A stretch of 64,000 nucleotides of DNA, taken from assembly GCF_006345805.1 (NCBI RefSeq), contig NC_042997.1:125860001-125924000 (forward strand), written 5' to 3'. This stretch comes from Octopus sinensis (Eukaryota). Below, piece by piece: positions 1 to 13,058 of this stretch. Below the pieces are notes generated by a model that had not been told where the DNA came from, did not search any database, and saw only the letters and a program-made list of their open reading frames with translations. How positions within the stretch are numbered: the first letter of the stretch is position 1; each line of letters starts with the position of its first letter. A program made the position numbers and the translations under genes.

Positions 1-21
1 TCTGTATATGTATATATATTT

Positions 22-585
22 GCCTCACAGAGGGAATGACAAAAGACCGAGATCTCTGGAGATATGCTGTGACTGTGAAGACCCGACAAATAATGTGAGT
101 CCATGGCTGTTTCCTGCACCAGCTTCACGTAGCAGCCCCAGCCCATCCAAAGTACCTTGGATCGCAGGACAGCCTGCTGTGCTTACCTTGAATCATAGGG
201 CGACCTGCTGTGCTTGAGAAGACCTATTGAGTCAAGTACATCAACATCAAATGGAAATTGTAGTTGTGATACCTGTGCCAGCGGCACATAAAAAGCACCA
301 TCCGAAGGTGGCCGATGCCAGCACAGCCTTGACTGGCTTCCGTACCGGTGGCACATAAAAACCATCAACTGATCATGGCTGCTGCCAGCACCCCCTGGCA
401 CCTGTGCCAGTGGCATGTAAAAAGCATTCACCGAGTGGTTGGTATTAGGAAGGGCATCCAGCTGTAGAAACTCTGCCAGATCAGACTGGAGCCTGTTGCA
501 GCCTCCTGGCTTCCCAGACCCTGGTCAAACCGTCCAACCCATGCTAGCAGGGAAAATAGATGTTAAACGATGATGATGATGATGA
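22..585 (+). mobile_element. 5'-truncated RTE LINE: last ORF codons, 3'UTR and (GAT)n tail
   Basis: LTEGMTKDRDLWRYAVTVKTRQ, then repeated GTGGCACATAAAAAGCACC units, AGGAAGGGCATCCAGCTGTAGAAAC, and CCATGCTAGCA...GTTAAACGATGATGAT. Confidence 0.75.
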
Positions 586-2779
586 TATATGTATATATAT
601 ATATATATATATATAGATATATACACACACACGACTATCTTAAAACTTAGTGACAGAAATGTTTGCTGATGATGATACACTTATCTGCCAGTGTAAGGAA
701 CAAGCAGAACATAGTGGATGCCTTTGGCAGGGCAGCCATAAAGTTCAACTTAAATATTCATTAACATTCAGAAAACATATGCATCAGATCAGTGACTTCA
801 TTGGTGTTCTTCTACTCCAAATGGTTGATCTGAGATGCAGGAAAGATCTACATCGAGACATTTGTTAAATGTTTTAGTTGAAACTTTTGTTTCTGAACCT
901 TTAAATTGCTGCAGTAAAGATTCAGGATGTCACAGCATGAAACACTAAGTTTGAAGATTTGACATTATAGCCTCTTCTTTATTTGTTCTCTCACATGTGC
1001 CAAAGTTTAGTAAAAGAAACAAATTAAAAGTGCCTGTTACATGGACAATCAGCTGGTGCCTTCTACAATATCCACAGATTGACTAATGTAATGTGAATAA
1101 AATTTATTAGAAGGAAAACATAAGCAACCTGCTGTGTATGTGTGTATACAGAGTTTGTCTTGGCATGTGTGCACTGATTGTAAACAGAAAAGACACTAAC
1201 CTACAAATGCTGTCATTTGTTTGCAATCCTTCTGTAACAAGACGAAGGTCTCAGGAACACTTGAGGGGTGTCTGTCTTATCTTGTCACATACAATTGTTG
1301 AAGGGACAACCAAAATCCAACTGTCTTCAATAGCAATAAATAATACTTTATTTTTCCGGGTTTTGCAAGTAAAAATATATAATATATACACATATATTTT
1401 CCTTAAGGGTGAACCGGTAGCCAAGTCCACAAGACTGTTCACAAATGTTCACTTGTATGAGCCAAAATTACCGTCTCCGTTCCTGCTTAGAAGAGAGCTT
1501 CTCTATATGTAGGGTTTTCCCTGAGAGAAGGTTGGTCATGTCCTCTTGGTAGGGTTGCTGATTCAAAAAGACAGATTTAGTGGGAACGCTTTTGGTTTGC
1601 AGTTCTCTGCGCATGAGGGAACTTCCGGAGGCCTGCCAGAAGTAATCCAACTCTGCACATGCGCGCTGAAAACTTCCAAAAATAGTGTCACTACACTTCT
1701 TAAAAGCATGCTCCACCAATGAGGTGTTCGTTGTTTGAAAGACTAAGGGAAATATTACCTTACTTGAAAACAGGTAAGCGTTGGCAACAGGAAGAGCATC
1801 TGGCTGTAGAAATATCTGCCTCAACAAGTCTTGTCTGGCACATGCAAGCATAGAAAAGGATGTTGCAATTAAGATGATAATGATATGATGATGAAAACCT
1901 ATTCAATGTGGTATGACCTTGCTTGTTCATATGCTGCAAAGTGAAGATGAAATTTTCACCCAGCTACAACTTCTACAACTATTACATGTCTCTTTTCAGT
2001 TAAATGCAATACAGAATCATGACATTTGACACTGTGTACAAGACACACCTTTTCAGACCACCAATAGAAAGATAACATTTATTATATGGTTGGCAGACAT
2101 ACCCTTCCTAATACCAACCACTTTAGAGTGTACCGGGTGATTTTTACATGGCACTATTACTGGCAAGGTCACCAACTAATATGCAAAACAAAAATAAAGG
2201 CCCTTCAACCAAAGAAGTAGTATTGAGGGAGATGGCTTTGAGTCAGATGATGAGAAGTTAAACTATGGTAGAGGGGCAGAAATAAGGGGAGATACATGAT
2301 TACCCTAGTTAGAGGAAAGAAAGAGAGAGATGGGGTTGTTGTACCAGAACATACTCTCAAGGTACAGGGAGGTAAATATAAATGGAGTGTTATGGAGGAC
2401 TGGACAGGGTGAGTGAGCAGAGAGTTCATGAGAGTGTGAATGGAGAGTAGAAGACAAGGGTGGGGGAAGTAATTGGTGAACACAGGTATGTAGGGGAGTG
2501 GAAAAATAGTAATGATATACAGATGGCAGGGGGAAGGACAGGAGAAAGAGATGACAAAGTAGCATTGGGCTACAGGAGCAGGTAGGGAGAGAGAGTCAAG
2601 CATAATACATAGGGAAACATTGTTTGGTTCACTGAGGCAGTGGAGCGGTTAATGTAATGTATGGGTGGAGAATACATAATATACAGTGCTTCTATAACTC
2701 ATTTTCGATGAGGTGGGTAGATCTGCTCAAGAACCTCATACTGACTGACATTTTGACCTATTGTCATCTCTTCCATGAC

Positions 2780-3545
2780 ACTCAATATCTTGAGATCAGC
2801 CATCACTACTTCATCCCATAATCTTCCTAGTCTCCTTCTTCTGCAGGTTCCACACACTTTAAGCAATCAGTGCCTCGTTATACAGCTGTCCTCAATTCTA
2901 CATGTCACATGACTAAACCATCGTAGTCTTCTCTCTTGCATGCTACATCTGATTCACCTTATGCCCAACTTTTCCATCAACACATTTACATTTTATTGCA
3001 CATCCATAGGAGCATACTAGCTTCATTCCTCTCTAGTCTTCACATGTCCTCAGCATTCAGGACCCACATCTCACTTCCATGGAGCATGGCTGCTCATACA
3101 CAAGCCTCATACAATCTGCTATTCACTCTGAGAGAGGCATTTCATTACCAACTGAGGTAATAGTTCCCTGAACTTTCTGTATCCTATTTTCATTCTAGCA
3201 ACTCTACTTTAGAAACATCCTCTTCCACTGCTAATTTGGCCACCTTGGTAACAAAAATTAATTACGACCTCTAGGGAGTCTCCTGAGCATTTGAGAAAAT
3301 CTAATTTCTGTGTGTCTTATTCACATTCTTGCTAACTACAGCTTTGGTCTTAACTTGGAGGCACTTTGATTCCTCCATACCTGAAATTTCTTTTCCAGTT
3401 CAGCTACTGATTTTGCTACAATATTAAGTTCATCAATATATGTAGTTGTTACCATGATCAGCCTGTCAGTTATGGCTTGGAGGGCTATGATGAATAAGAG
3501 GGGACTGAGAAACAAGCCCTGGCGAATTTCTACTTGTACACTAAG
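2780..3545 (-). mobile_element. Decayed RTE LINE RT/C-terminal fragment
   Basis: Homologous to the RTE pieces at 30165-30700 and 48480-48750; remnants of QGLFLSPLLFII and YEACV.AAMLHGSEMW. Confidence 0.65.
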
Positions 3546-3793
3546 TTCACCATTGTACTCGTGGCAATAGCATATGTAAATATCTTCAGAACGGTCTTTG
3601 AAAGTAATTTTTAAATATTTGTGAAGTAGAACAGAAAGTTATATTATTTAGGTATGCATTACCATTGATTGAAGAAGGGTCTGAGCATTTTCCACCATTA
3701 ACAAAACATGCTCTCATAACATTATGAAAGGACTTAATAATACTTGTAAATTTATGGGCCGTGACTGTGGAGGACATGAGGATATACACATAC

Positions 3794-3880
<87 letters not shown>

Positions 3881-3889
3881 CATATATAT

Positions 3890-4278
3890 TCTTTTATTTG
3901 TTTTGGTCATTTGACCGCAGCCATGCTGGAACACCACTTTAAAGAGTGTTAGTTGAAGAAATCAACCCCAGGACTTATTCTTTATAAGCCTAGTACTTAT
4001 TCTATTAGTCTCTTTTGCCAAACTGCTAAGCTACAGGGATGTAAACACATCAGTACTGATTGTCAAGTGGTGGAGTGGGGACGAACACTGACACACAGAT
4101 ATATATATATATATATATATGCGACTGGCTTCTTCCAATTTCTGTCTATCAAATCCACTCACAGGCTTTGGTTGGCCCGGGGCTATAGTAAAAGGCAGTT
4201 GCCCAAAGTGCCATGCAGTGGGACAGAATCCAAAACCATGTGTTTGGGAAGCAAGCTTCTTACCACACAGCCACAAGC
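3890..4278 (-). mobile_element. tRNA-derived SINE-A
   Basis: Family consensus: A box TGGCTGTGTGG, B box GGTTCAGTCCC, CCTTGGGCAAGT, internal TA/TG tract, tail GACTGAAACAAGTAAAAGAG; this copy is diverged. Confidence 0.85.
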
Positions 4279-4599
4279 TTATTTTTGCAAAGCTATGTAC
4301 ATAAACAACTCTATCAAAATGAAAAGATTAGAGAGATGCATTGCTGTAGGTGTTGTATAAAGGTAGTAAAGACACATGCATAAAGCCAAAGATTTGGAAG
4401 AAAATAACATGGAAAATATATGATAGGGTCAAGTGTATCTGGGATCTTCAAAAAAGAAAGTATAAAACAGAAAAGATATTTAGGAACTTTACTCTCTTTT
4501 GAATGAAGTTTGTGGTCCTTATTCAATTTCCTTTCTTCATAAGAAATTTGCTCCTCGGGTACATAGCACTCTGGGCAAGAATCTTTCACAATAATCCTA

Positions 4600-5292
4600 C
4601 TTGTGCTGGTGCCACATAAAAAGCACTTGTTACACTTTGTAGAGTGGTTCGTGTTAAGAAGGGCATCCAGGTGTAGAATCTATGCCAAAACAGACAATGG
4701 AGCCTAGTGCAGTTTCTGGCCTTGCCAGCTCCTGTCAAACTCTCCAATCCATGCCAGCATGGAAAACGAATGTTAAATGATAATGATGATGATAACAATG
4801 ACAAGACCATTCTAAGGATCAGCTAAATCATTCATCCGACATTAATTGGTCCATTTTAGAACTCAGTCATCAAATTCCTATATAACACCTTTCTTGAAGA
4901 TCTGCCAACTTCCAATAAAGCAAAACTTATTTTACACGAACTTAGTTACCCGCGTCACTTTACTGGCATGTGAACAAAACATTCAAGCGAGGTCGTTGCC
5001 AGTGCCACTGGACTGACTCCTGTGCAGGTGGCGCGTAAAAAACACCATTGAGATTGTGGTCGTTGCCAGTACCGCCAGACTAGCCCTCGTGCAGGTGGCA
5101 CATAAAAGCACCCACTAAACTCTCGGAGTGGCTGGCATTAGGAAGGGCATCCGGCTGTAGAAACTCTGCCAGATCAGATTGGAGCTTGGTGCAGCCATCT
5201 GGTTTGCCAGTCCTCAGTCAAATTGTCCAACCCATGCTAGCATGGAAAGCGAATGTTAAATGATGATGATGATGATCATCATCATCATCATG
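4600..5292 (+). mobile_element. Two RTE 3'UTR copies (4600-4800, 4955-5292)
   Basis: GAAGGGCATCC motif and (GAT)n tails. Confidence 0.7.
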
Positions 5293-5935
5293 ATTTGTAA
5301 TGGACAAGCTCATGGCATTGACAGTGTTTTGGCAGAGGGGCCCAAATTTGGAGGAAATAGATTGCTGGATTCCATGCACAAAAAAATTAATGAGCGTGTT
5401 CCTCAAGAGATGCATTGCTAAAGGTAGACAAACGAAAAAGTAGTAAAGACACAAGCATGAATGTGGTTTCAATTCCCAGACCAGGTGGTGCATTGTCTTT
5501 TTGAGTAAAACCACTTCATTTTGACACAGCTCCAGTCCACTCAACTGTAAATAAGTTACCCTGTGATGGAGTGGTGTCTTGTTCAGAGAGAATGTTGTGA
5601 TCTTAGTCATTTACATGTCCCCATACGGCCTGCCCACCTAACAAGCAATGTGGCTTCATTTGAAAGCTATAACAATACAAAGAACACATTGTAATCAGTG
5701 AAGTATAACATCCAAGAGTCTGACAGTCAGGTTGAAACACTGGATAGATCGCTAGCCACTACACATTCTTTATTTTCTCTCCTTGTTCCTTTCTGTGGAA
5801 GCTCAAAATGTTAGACTTTTTCACTTCCCAAGCATTATCCTAAAACATCTTATTGTTGTCTACACCACCTGTCTTCGTCTTTTGTTTGTGAATTCTCCCT
5901 TTAGCATGGAAAGCGAACATTAAACGATGATGATG

Positions 5936-5982
<47 letters not shown>

Positions 5983-5991
5983 ATACATATA

Positions 5992-6124
5992 CAGGGTATC
6001 CCAGAAGTCGCGCACCACCCTGGTTTTATAAAAATAATACACCCTTATTGATTTCAAAAACACCTTTTGAAAATAATCATACTAAATGCTCAAATTGAGC
6101 AACCCCTGATAATGGGACACCCTG
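5992..6124. mobile_element. 133-bp Tc1/mariner-type MITE
   Basis: TIR CAGGGTATCCCA / TGGGACACCCTG with TA on both flanks. Confidence 0.7.
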
Positions 6125-6166
6125 TATATAAATATATACATGCATGCATGCATACATACATACATA

Positions 6167-7074
6167 TAGGGTGGGTGGAAAGTAACTAAGTATTATAAAT
6201 TGCTTACAGAATTTTTAGTTTCACTGAAGTCATGACAAAAACATTTTTTAAACAGACAACACTAATGGGGATTTTTTATTTCCTTATTGACTTAATTCTT
6301 ATTCTTATTTTCCAGATGGCTGGTCACTTGACTGTTCAGGAGCGAGCTAAGATAGCAGCACGCTATGAAGTGTGGAATTCCATTGTTTTGGTTCAGACTT
6401 GATGGTGTGCATGGAAAGGTAAGCATACAACCCTATATCTGGAGACAATAAAAAGTTGTCATGCAAAGTGATGACTATGGGCTCCGTGATCGATACAAGA
6501 AGTGGCTGTCCAGCGACATCGCAATTAGTGGAGAATGAGGCAACAGTGCAGGAGATGTTTAATTGCAGCCCACAAAAATCAACACATCAAGCAGCTCATG
6601 AAAATGGACTGATAAGACACACAATACATATGGTGTTGCATAAGGAATTGAATTTTCGTCCGTGGAAACCCCATTATGTGCAGGACCTAAAACCTGAAGA
6701 CTGTGGCCACAGAATGGAATATGGAGAGTTAATGCTAGGTGGGTATGAAGACTGGCCTTAATCGTTTGAAAACATCTTCTGGAGTGACAAGGCTGGGGTG
6801 TTATGATACCGATCACACACTGAAGGACTTGGAGACATGGATTCAGGAGATTCTCAATGATATCCTAGACGACATCTTTCAGAGGGTTGTTCATTCCATC
6901 CCTAGCCGTTTGAGGAAACTGACTGACGCCGCCGGTGCTTATGTTGAAATATGAAGATTTACTTTCAGTTTCCCATGTAATAAAGAACATGTATCATTTG
7001 TTTCAATAAATTTGTAAAAGGAATATGGATTTTATTACCAATTTTTAATGCCTACTTACTTTTCACCCACCCTG
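6167..7074 (+). mobile_element. Internally deleted mariner-like transposon
   Basis: TIRs TAGGGTGGGTGGAAAGTAACTA / TACTTACTTTTCACCCACCCTG with TA flanks; HTH remnant from 6317 (MAGHLTVQERAKIAARYEVW; SPQKSTHQAA; LNFRPWKPHYVQDL) and C-terminus (RLRKLTDAAGAYVEI); catalytic core missing. Confidence 0.8.
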
Positions 7075-7082
7075 TATGTATG

Positions 7083-7114
<32 letters not shown>

Positions 7115-7121
7115 TACACGT

Positions 7122-7880
7122 GCAGGCATGGCTGTGGTAAGAAGTTTGTTTCCCAACCACATGGATCCAGGTTCAGTCCCATTGCATGGCACCTTGTGCA
7201 AATGTCTTCTACTATAACCTCAGGCCAACCAAAGCCTTGTGAGTGGATTTAGAAGACAGAAACTGAAAGACCCCTGTCATATATACGTGTGTGTGTGTTT
7301 GTCCCCCTCTGCCACTTGATAACTGGTGTTTGTGTGTTTATGTCCCCATAATTTAGTGGTTCAATGAAAAAGGCCAAATGAATAAGTACCAGGCTTTAAA
7401 ATAAAGTCCTGGAGTCAATTCTTTTTACTAGAATTCTTCAAGGCAGTGCTCTAGCATGGTCCACAGTCTAACAACTGAAATAAGTAAAAACAATATAAAA
7501 GATATATTCTTAAGAAAAAAACTGGATTTGAAACATTGGTACTCTCTTACTTGTTTCAGTCATGCTGGAGCACTGCTTTTAGTCGAGCAAATCGACCCCA
7601 GGACTTATTCTATCAGTCTCTTTTGCCTAATCACTAAATTACAGGGATGTAAACACATCAGCATCAGTTGTCAAGTGATGTTGGGGGGACAAACAGACAC
7701 ACAAACATATATACGACGGGCTTCTTTCAGTTTCCGTCTACCAAATCCACTCACAAGGCTTTGGTCAGCCCGAGGCTATAGTAGAAGACACTTGCCCAAG
7801 GTACCACGCAGTGGGACTGAACCTGGAACCATGTGGTTGGCAAGCAAGCTACTTGCCACACAGCTACTCCTGCGCCTATA
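7122..7880. mobile_element. Two SINE-A copies tail-to-tail (7122-7490 +, 7540-7880 -)
   Basis: Same consensus in opposite orientations, about 50 bp apart. Confidence 0.85.
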
Positions 7881-8789
7881 AAAAACCATAAAAAGAAATG
7901 AAAAAATAATCACTCTTTATTCCATGTACTGATTGTATTAGTCTGATTAATCTTCAGATTAGGCTAAAATCTCACCTTAATCTCATGTATGCATACATGC
8001 ATGAACCAGCAAAAAAAGCCTGTACATATCTTGATTGACAGACATAGTGCCTAACTGCCCTCATATTAGTTTATATAAGGATGAGTCCATGAAAGAGGCA
8101 TCTAAATTACAGCTACACCTGATGGAAATAGCAGCCAATTCTCACTTAAATTGCAGCCTACCGTCTCATCTAATGGGGAAGAGGAAGCCGCCCAGTGGTA
8201 TCTCAAAATACTAGAAATAGTAACCAAATTTTCCTCAAACATTATTATCATTTGTGTTTACATGCATGCATAATTGAGACAGCTGTGTGTCAGTGAGACA
8301 TGCCACATATATTCCACCTCAAACTACATTCTTTTGTCCCCAGTTACTTAGACACAATATCTGGACAACACCAATACTTCTGTTAGTGTGTATGTGTGAT
8401 CATTTAATGTTCAGTAACTATGCTTGTGTGGTTTGGCAGGAGCGGAGCTGGCAAGGCAGAAAGCTACACCAGACTCCACTATGTGAGTGTGTGTGTGAGA
8501 GAGAGAGAGAGAGACACACATCATTATCATACCTGAAAGTAAAGAGGTAATATTTACAGATGTTCTCAGTAGTTATCGCCACAAGCTTACATAATTTGTC
8601 TTCTGAAAGATTTTAGAAAATTTCTCCAGTTGGTCGGTCAAGGCCGAGGCTAGTGAGGTATAAAAGGCATGAGAGTAGTCTGACCTAAGATAAAAATGCC
8701 AGTTCTAGAAAGTTGACATTACTGCCTGATTATTGACAAAGAAAGTGTTCAGCACCCATGAATGATGTTGTATGGCAGTGGTTTGGGGG

Positions 8790-9235
8790 AATGTGCGTTA
8801 CATCTGGTCCTTTGGATATCTTTTATCTTTACTGGTTTCAGCCAAAGGCTGGGGCCATGCTGGAGCACCATCTTTCAATGTTTTGGGGGTCTCCTTTCAA
8901 CAGTTTTTGGTGAAGAAGCAATCTGGATGAAACTGCTCTTCTTTGTGCCTTCTTCCATGATGTGGGCTCATCTGGGATTTCAGACAGAAATTTGTCCAAG
9001 TAATTTTTTGAAGCTCCCCACATTTGCACCTCACAAATCTTTGAGGTTCTTTGGCAGGATATTTAACAGTTATGGTCCCCTGAAACTCAAGTTCTGACAG
9101 TACTGGGTCCTTGTCCGAGATGAAGAACTTGGGATCTTTGGTATTAAGCAATGCCATCCAGTTTGGTGGTTGACAAAGCTTTTAATTCCAAAGATGGGAG
9201 CTAGATCTGCATAGCTTTCTTGCCTTCTCTCCAAT
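8790..9235 (-). mobile_element. Decayed CR1/L2-group LINE 3' fragment
   Basis: Frameshifted pieces NLSFRGP*LLNILPKNLKDL and LDKFLSEIPDEP, typical of the C-terminus of these LINEs. Confidence 0.55.
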
Positions 9236-9244
9236 ATACTCTTT

Positions 9245-10493
9245 TACAAACAGACACACAAACATACATATATATATATACATACGACGGGCTTCTTTCA
9301 GTTTCTGTCTACCAAATCCACTCACAAGGCTTTGGTTGGCCTGAGGCTATAGCAGAAGACACTTGCCTAGGGTGCCACACAGTGGGACTGAACCCGTAAC
9401 CATGTAGTTCGTAAGCAAGCTACTTACCACACAGCCACTCCAACTACTAGTTTAGAAATTTTGAAAGGTGCATCTGTGACTTGAACACACCACTCTACTT
9501 ACCTTGATCCATACTGATACCTACATTAGCATCTTAATAAACAGGTTTCATTATTGTCTTTCATGCTGATGGGTCGAAATTAAAACAAATCATGTAGCTG
9601 TAACAGGACAGCTACAAATAACTCTACTTACAATTGTGTTTGCATTTGTAAACCCATCAAACCTGTATTAAAATGAAAACCAAAAAACAAAAGGGCGCAA
9701 ACATACAAACAAAAATATAAAACCTATGCCAACAGAAAATAGATGTTCAATGATTGATTGGTTGGTTGATGGATGAATGGATGTACAGGAGTAGGCATGG
9801 CTGGGTTAAGAAGTTTGTTTCAGAAGCATATGGTTCAAGGTTCATACCTACTGCATGGCATTGTCAGCTGGTGTGTCTTATATTATAGCAAGCTGTGAGT
9901 CAATAGGCTGATGACAGACAAACCAATGCCTTGTGATTGAATTGGTAGACAGAAACTGTAAAAAGCCATCATCATTTAACTCCCATTTTCCATGCTCACA
10001 TGGGTTGAATGGCTTGAGAGGCGCTGACAAGACCAGGATCCAGAGTCTGTTTTTGGTATGGTTTCAACAGTTGGATGCCCTTCCTAACAGTAACCACTTT
10101 ACAGAGTGCACTGCTTGTTTTTTTACATGATGCCATCACCAGTGTGTTTTATGCGGTGCCAGCACCAGTAGTTTCTATGTAGCACCTTAATATATGTATA
10201 TATTCATTCTTTGTATCTGTTTTGCATGCTAAAATGAGTTGGGCGAGGTGTCTGAGGGAAGATTTTACATATAGATACTCATACTGTAGCCAACCTTTAC
10301 CTGTTTTCAAACAGCTCTTTTACTTGTTTCAGTCATTTGACTGTGGCCATGCTGGAGCACCGCCTTTAGTCGGGCAAATCAACCCCAGGACTTATTCTAT
10401 CGGTCTCTTTTGCCGAACCGCTAAGTTACAGGGACGTAAACACACCAGCATCAGTTGTCAGGCAATGCTGGGGGGACAAACACAGACACGCAA

Positions 10494-10542
<49 letters not shown>

Positions 10543-11980
10543 TATATACGATGGGCTTCTTTCAGTTTCCGTCTACCTAATCCACTCACAAGGCTTTGGT
10601 CAGCCCGAGACTATAGTAAAAGACACTTGCCCAAGGTGCCACGTAGTAGGACTGAACCCATAACCATGTGGTTAGTAAGCAAGCTACTTACCACACACCC
10701 ACTCCTACGCCTATAAGGGAAATTTTGTTTCAAAAGTCTTGAAGTAAGCAAGAGACTGGTAACAATATCTATCAACAAAGAATGTCAACATCATCATTGG
10801 TCAGCTTGATCAGAGATAAGCAGGAGTGACTGTGTGGTATGTAGCTTGCTTACCAACTACATGGTTCCGGGTTCAGTCCCACTGCGTGGCACTTCGGGCA
10901 AGTGTCTTCTACTACAGCCTCATGTAATCACACATATACAAATGTGTTCCAGCGGTTTCCATCTACTACCACTTTCATTCACAAGGAATCGGTTGACCTG
11001 GGGCTATAGTAAAAAGCACTGAAGGTACTACACAATGGAACCAAACTCAGAAACATAACTGCAAAGTAAGCTTTCTTAACCACATGAAATACTTGTATCT
11101 TCCTATTCTTGATGTTTGAGCACTGATTAAAACCAGTCTTTGTCTATATCAATAGTGTCGTTTTTTATAACCTCCTACAAATACATGTTTGACTAGTGAA
11201 CAGTGTGTTGTTTAATATAACCTTGCTAGGGTAACAGAAAAAAGGTTGACAACAGGAAGACTAACTGGTAATAGAAAAATCTGCTTCAACAAAATTTGCC
11301 TGAATCATGCAAACACAGAAAAGTGGATTTTAAAATGATGTTGATGATGATGATAATGGTATATGCTCACAAATGCACTTGCTAACTTGATGTTTAGAAA
11401 TGCAAATGAGAATAAATAGTACTAAATATGCATAGTAGAGGTTGATTATTGTGCAAAATCAATGTTGTAGACTGTAGCTTCAGGTAGTCACAAATTACAT
11501 ACATTTGTGTGGATGTTTAGATTTCATCAATAAAGCTCAATGATAACACAAATGCATGAATATCCAAGTAACTACCGATTGGATCACCGATTTTACAATT
11601 AAAGACGCAAATATATATATGTGCAGGAGTGGCTGTATGGTAAGTAGTTTGCTTACTAAACACATGACTCCGGGTTCAGTCCCACTGCCATGGGTCGACC
11701 AAAGCCTTGTGAGTGGATTTGGTAGACGGAAACTGAAAGAAGCCCGTCATATATATATATATGTATGTATGTGTGTGTGTGTGTCCGTGTTTGTCTCCCC
11801 CAACATCGATTGACAACTGATGCTGGTGTGTTTACGTCCCCGTAACTTAGCGGTTTGACATAAAAGACCAATAGAATAAGTACTAAGCTTACAAAGAATA
11901 ATCTCTGGGGTCGATTTGCTTGACTAAAGGCGGTGCTCCAGCAATGCTGTAGTCAAAGGACTGAAACAAGTAAAAGAGTA
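9245..11980. mobile_element. SINE-A cluster (9245-9440 -, 9790-9965 +, 10315-10713 -, 10820-10920 +, 11622-11980 +)
   Basis: Matches to the SINE-A consensus. Confidence 0.8.
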
Positions 11981-12547
11981 TACCATCATTGTTTTAATAT
12001 CCATTTTTCAATGCTTGTATAAATCAGATGGAATTGGTTTCTACAACTGGATGTCCTTGTTTCTAAGCAAGTTAACATTTACCTATGACTGGACATCATT
12101 TCATAAGCCCGTTAAGGTCACTGAGGATCATACCATCTTCTTCTGACAGGGCGCTGATGCTATCTTTTCCCAAACATTGTTTTCCTTTTATGCATGTCAA
12201 GCCTCTATTCTCTTTGAGAGCTTTTAGTTAATTGTCTTCGTCATATTCTCTGATGTCTGATGATTTTATAGGTTTCAATGTACTCCGTGTTCTGAATTCT
12301 TGTCTCACTTCCCACTGAGCTGATGCAATGTCAAGATGAAGGGACACAAAAACACATAAATATACGCATATGTATATATGCAGAATTTATGTGAGCTGCT
12401 CAAAAACACACCACCAGTGTAGTAAATGGGGGAGGCTTAGTCTGCAATATCTGCAGACATGTATGTTTATCAAGGGCTGGATTCATTAGTCACCAGCAGA
12501 GTCACAAGAGCAAAGTATAAATTTGTCTGAGTACACAGTGTTCTTAA

Positions 12548-12763
12548 CGCTTTCGTTACTGTATTTATTTTGAGATGCTCTGTGTTTCTTTCAATTAATT
12601 TTAAATATAACAAAGAATTTAGTAAAACAACTTAGTTATCATTAAGCTAGTGTTAGGAACATAAATTGTAACTAAGGTTTGGTGGAAGATTTTAATTTGA
12701 TACTTATGAAAACAAGACATTCGTACTAAAGAGGCAGTTTCGGCCAGGTTGGTATCAAAAGGG
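12548..12763. mobile_element. piggyBac-like MITE; decayed reverse copy at ~43390-43570
   Basis: TTAA-CGCTTTCGTTAC ... GGTATCAAAAGGG-TCAA (degenerate TTAA TSD, CCC/GGG-type ends). Confidence 0.55.
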
Positions 12764-13058
12764 TCAATGATTTACCTTGGTCAAGACACTTGCCCTAGTT
12801 GTCACACAATGTGATTGAACCTGGAACCATGTGCTTGAGAAGCAAATTGCTTAACCACAAACCGATGCCTGCACTTATGTATTTATACACACACACACAC
12901 ATACAGTAGCAGCCATAATATAGGACTCAGTAAGAACAAGTGTATGGAAATAGTTATTATAGAAGATTAGTAACACGTGAAGACTAGATATTTTACACAT
13001 ATATTTAATATCTATCTTTTGTGAAAATTTCAAGTGAATGGAATAAATATTACATAAT

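Noticed and set aside
3586-3952. Many YI/IY/HT/CV-rich ORFs here and at 16185-18030, 47239-47754, 48800-49310
   Set aside because: These are translations of TA/TG/CA microsatellites.
4314-4589. Charged ORF KDSCPECYVPEEQISYEERK
   Set aside because: No recognisable domain or convincing splice sites; abuts an RTE fragment.
5755-5900. Repeat-like end that might be a deleted PLE terminus
   Set aside because: No intact core or inverted arm in this copy.
6694-6716. CTGAAGA-CTGTG-GC-CACAG hammerhead-like start
   Set aside because: No GAAA or stems I/III; lies inside transposase coding remnant.
7456-7881. Recurrent ORFs ending RLPNPLTRLWSARGYSRRHLPKVPRSGTEP
   Set aside because: Antisense reading of SINE-A, not a gene family.
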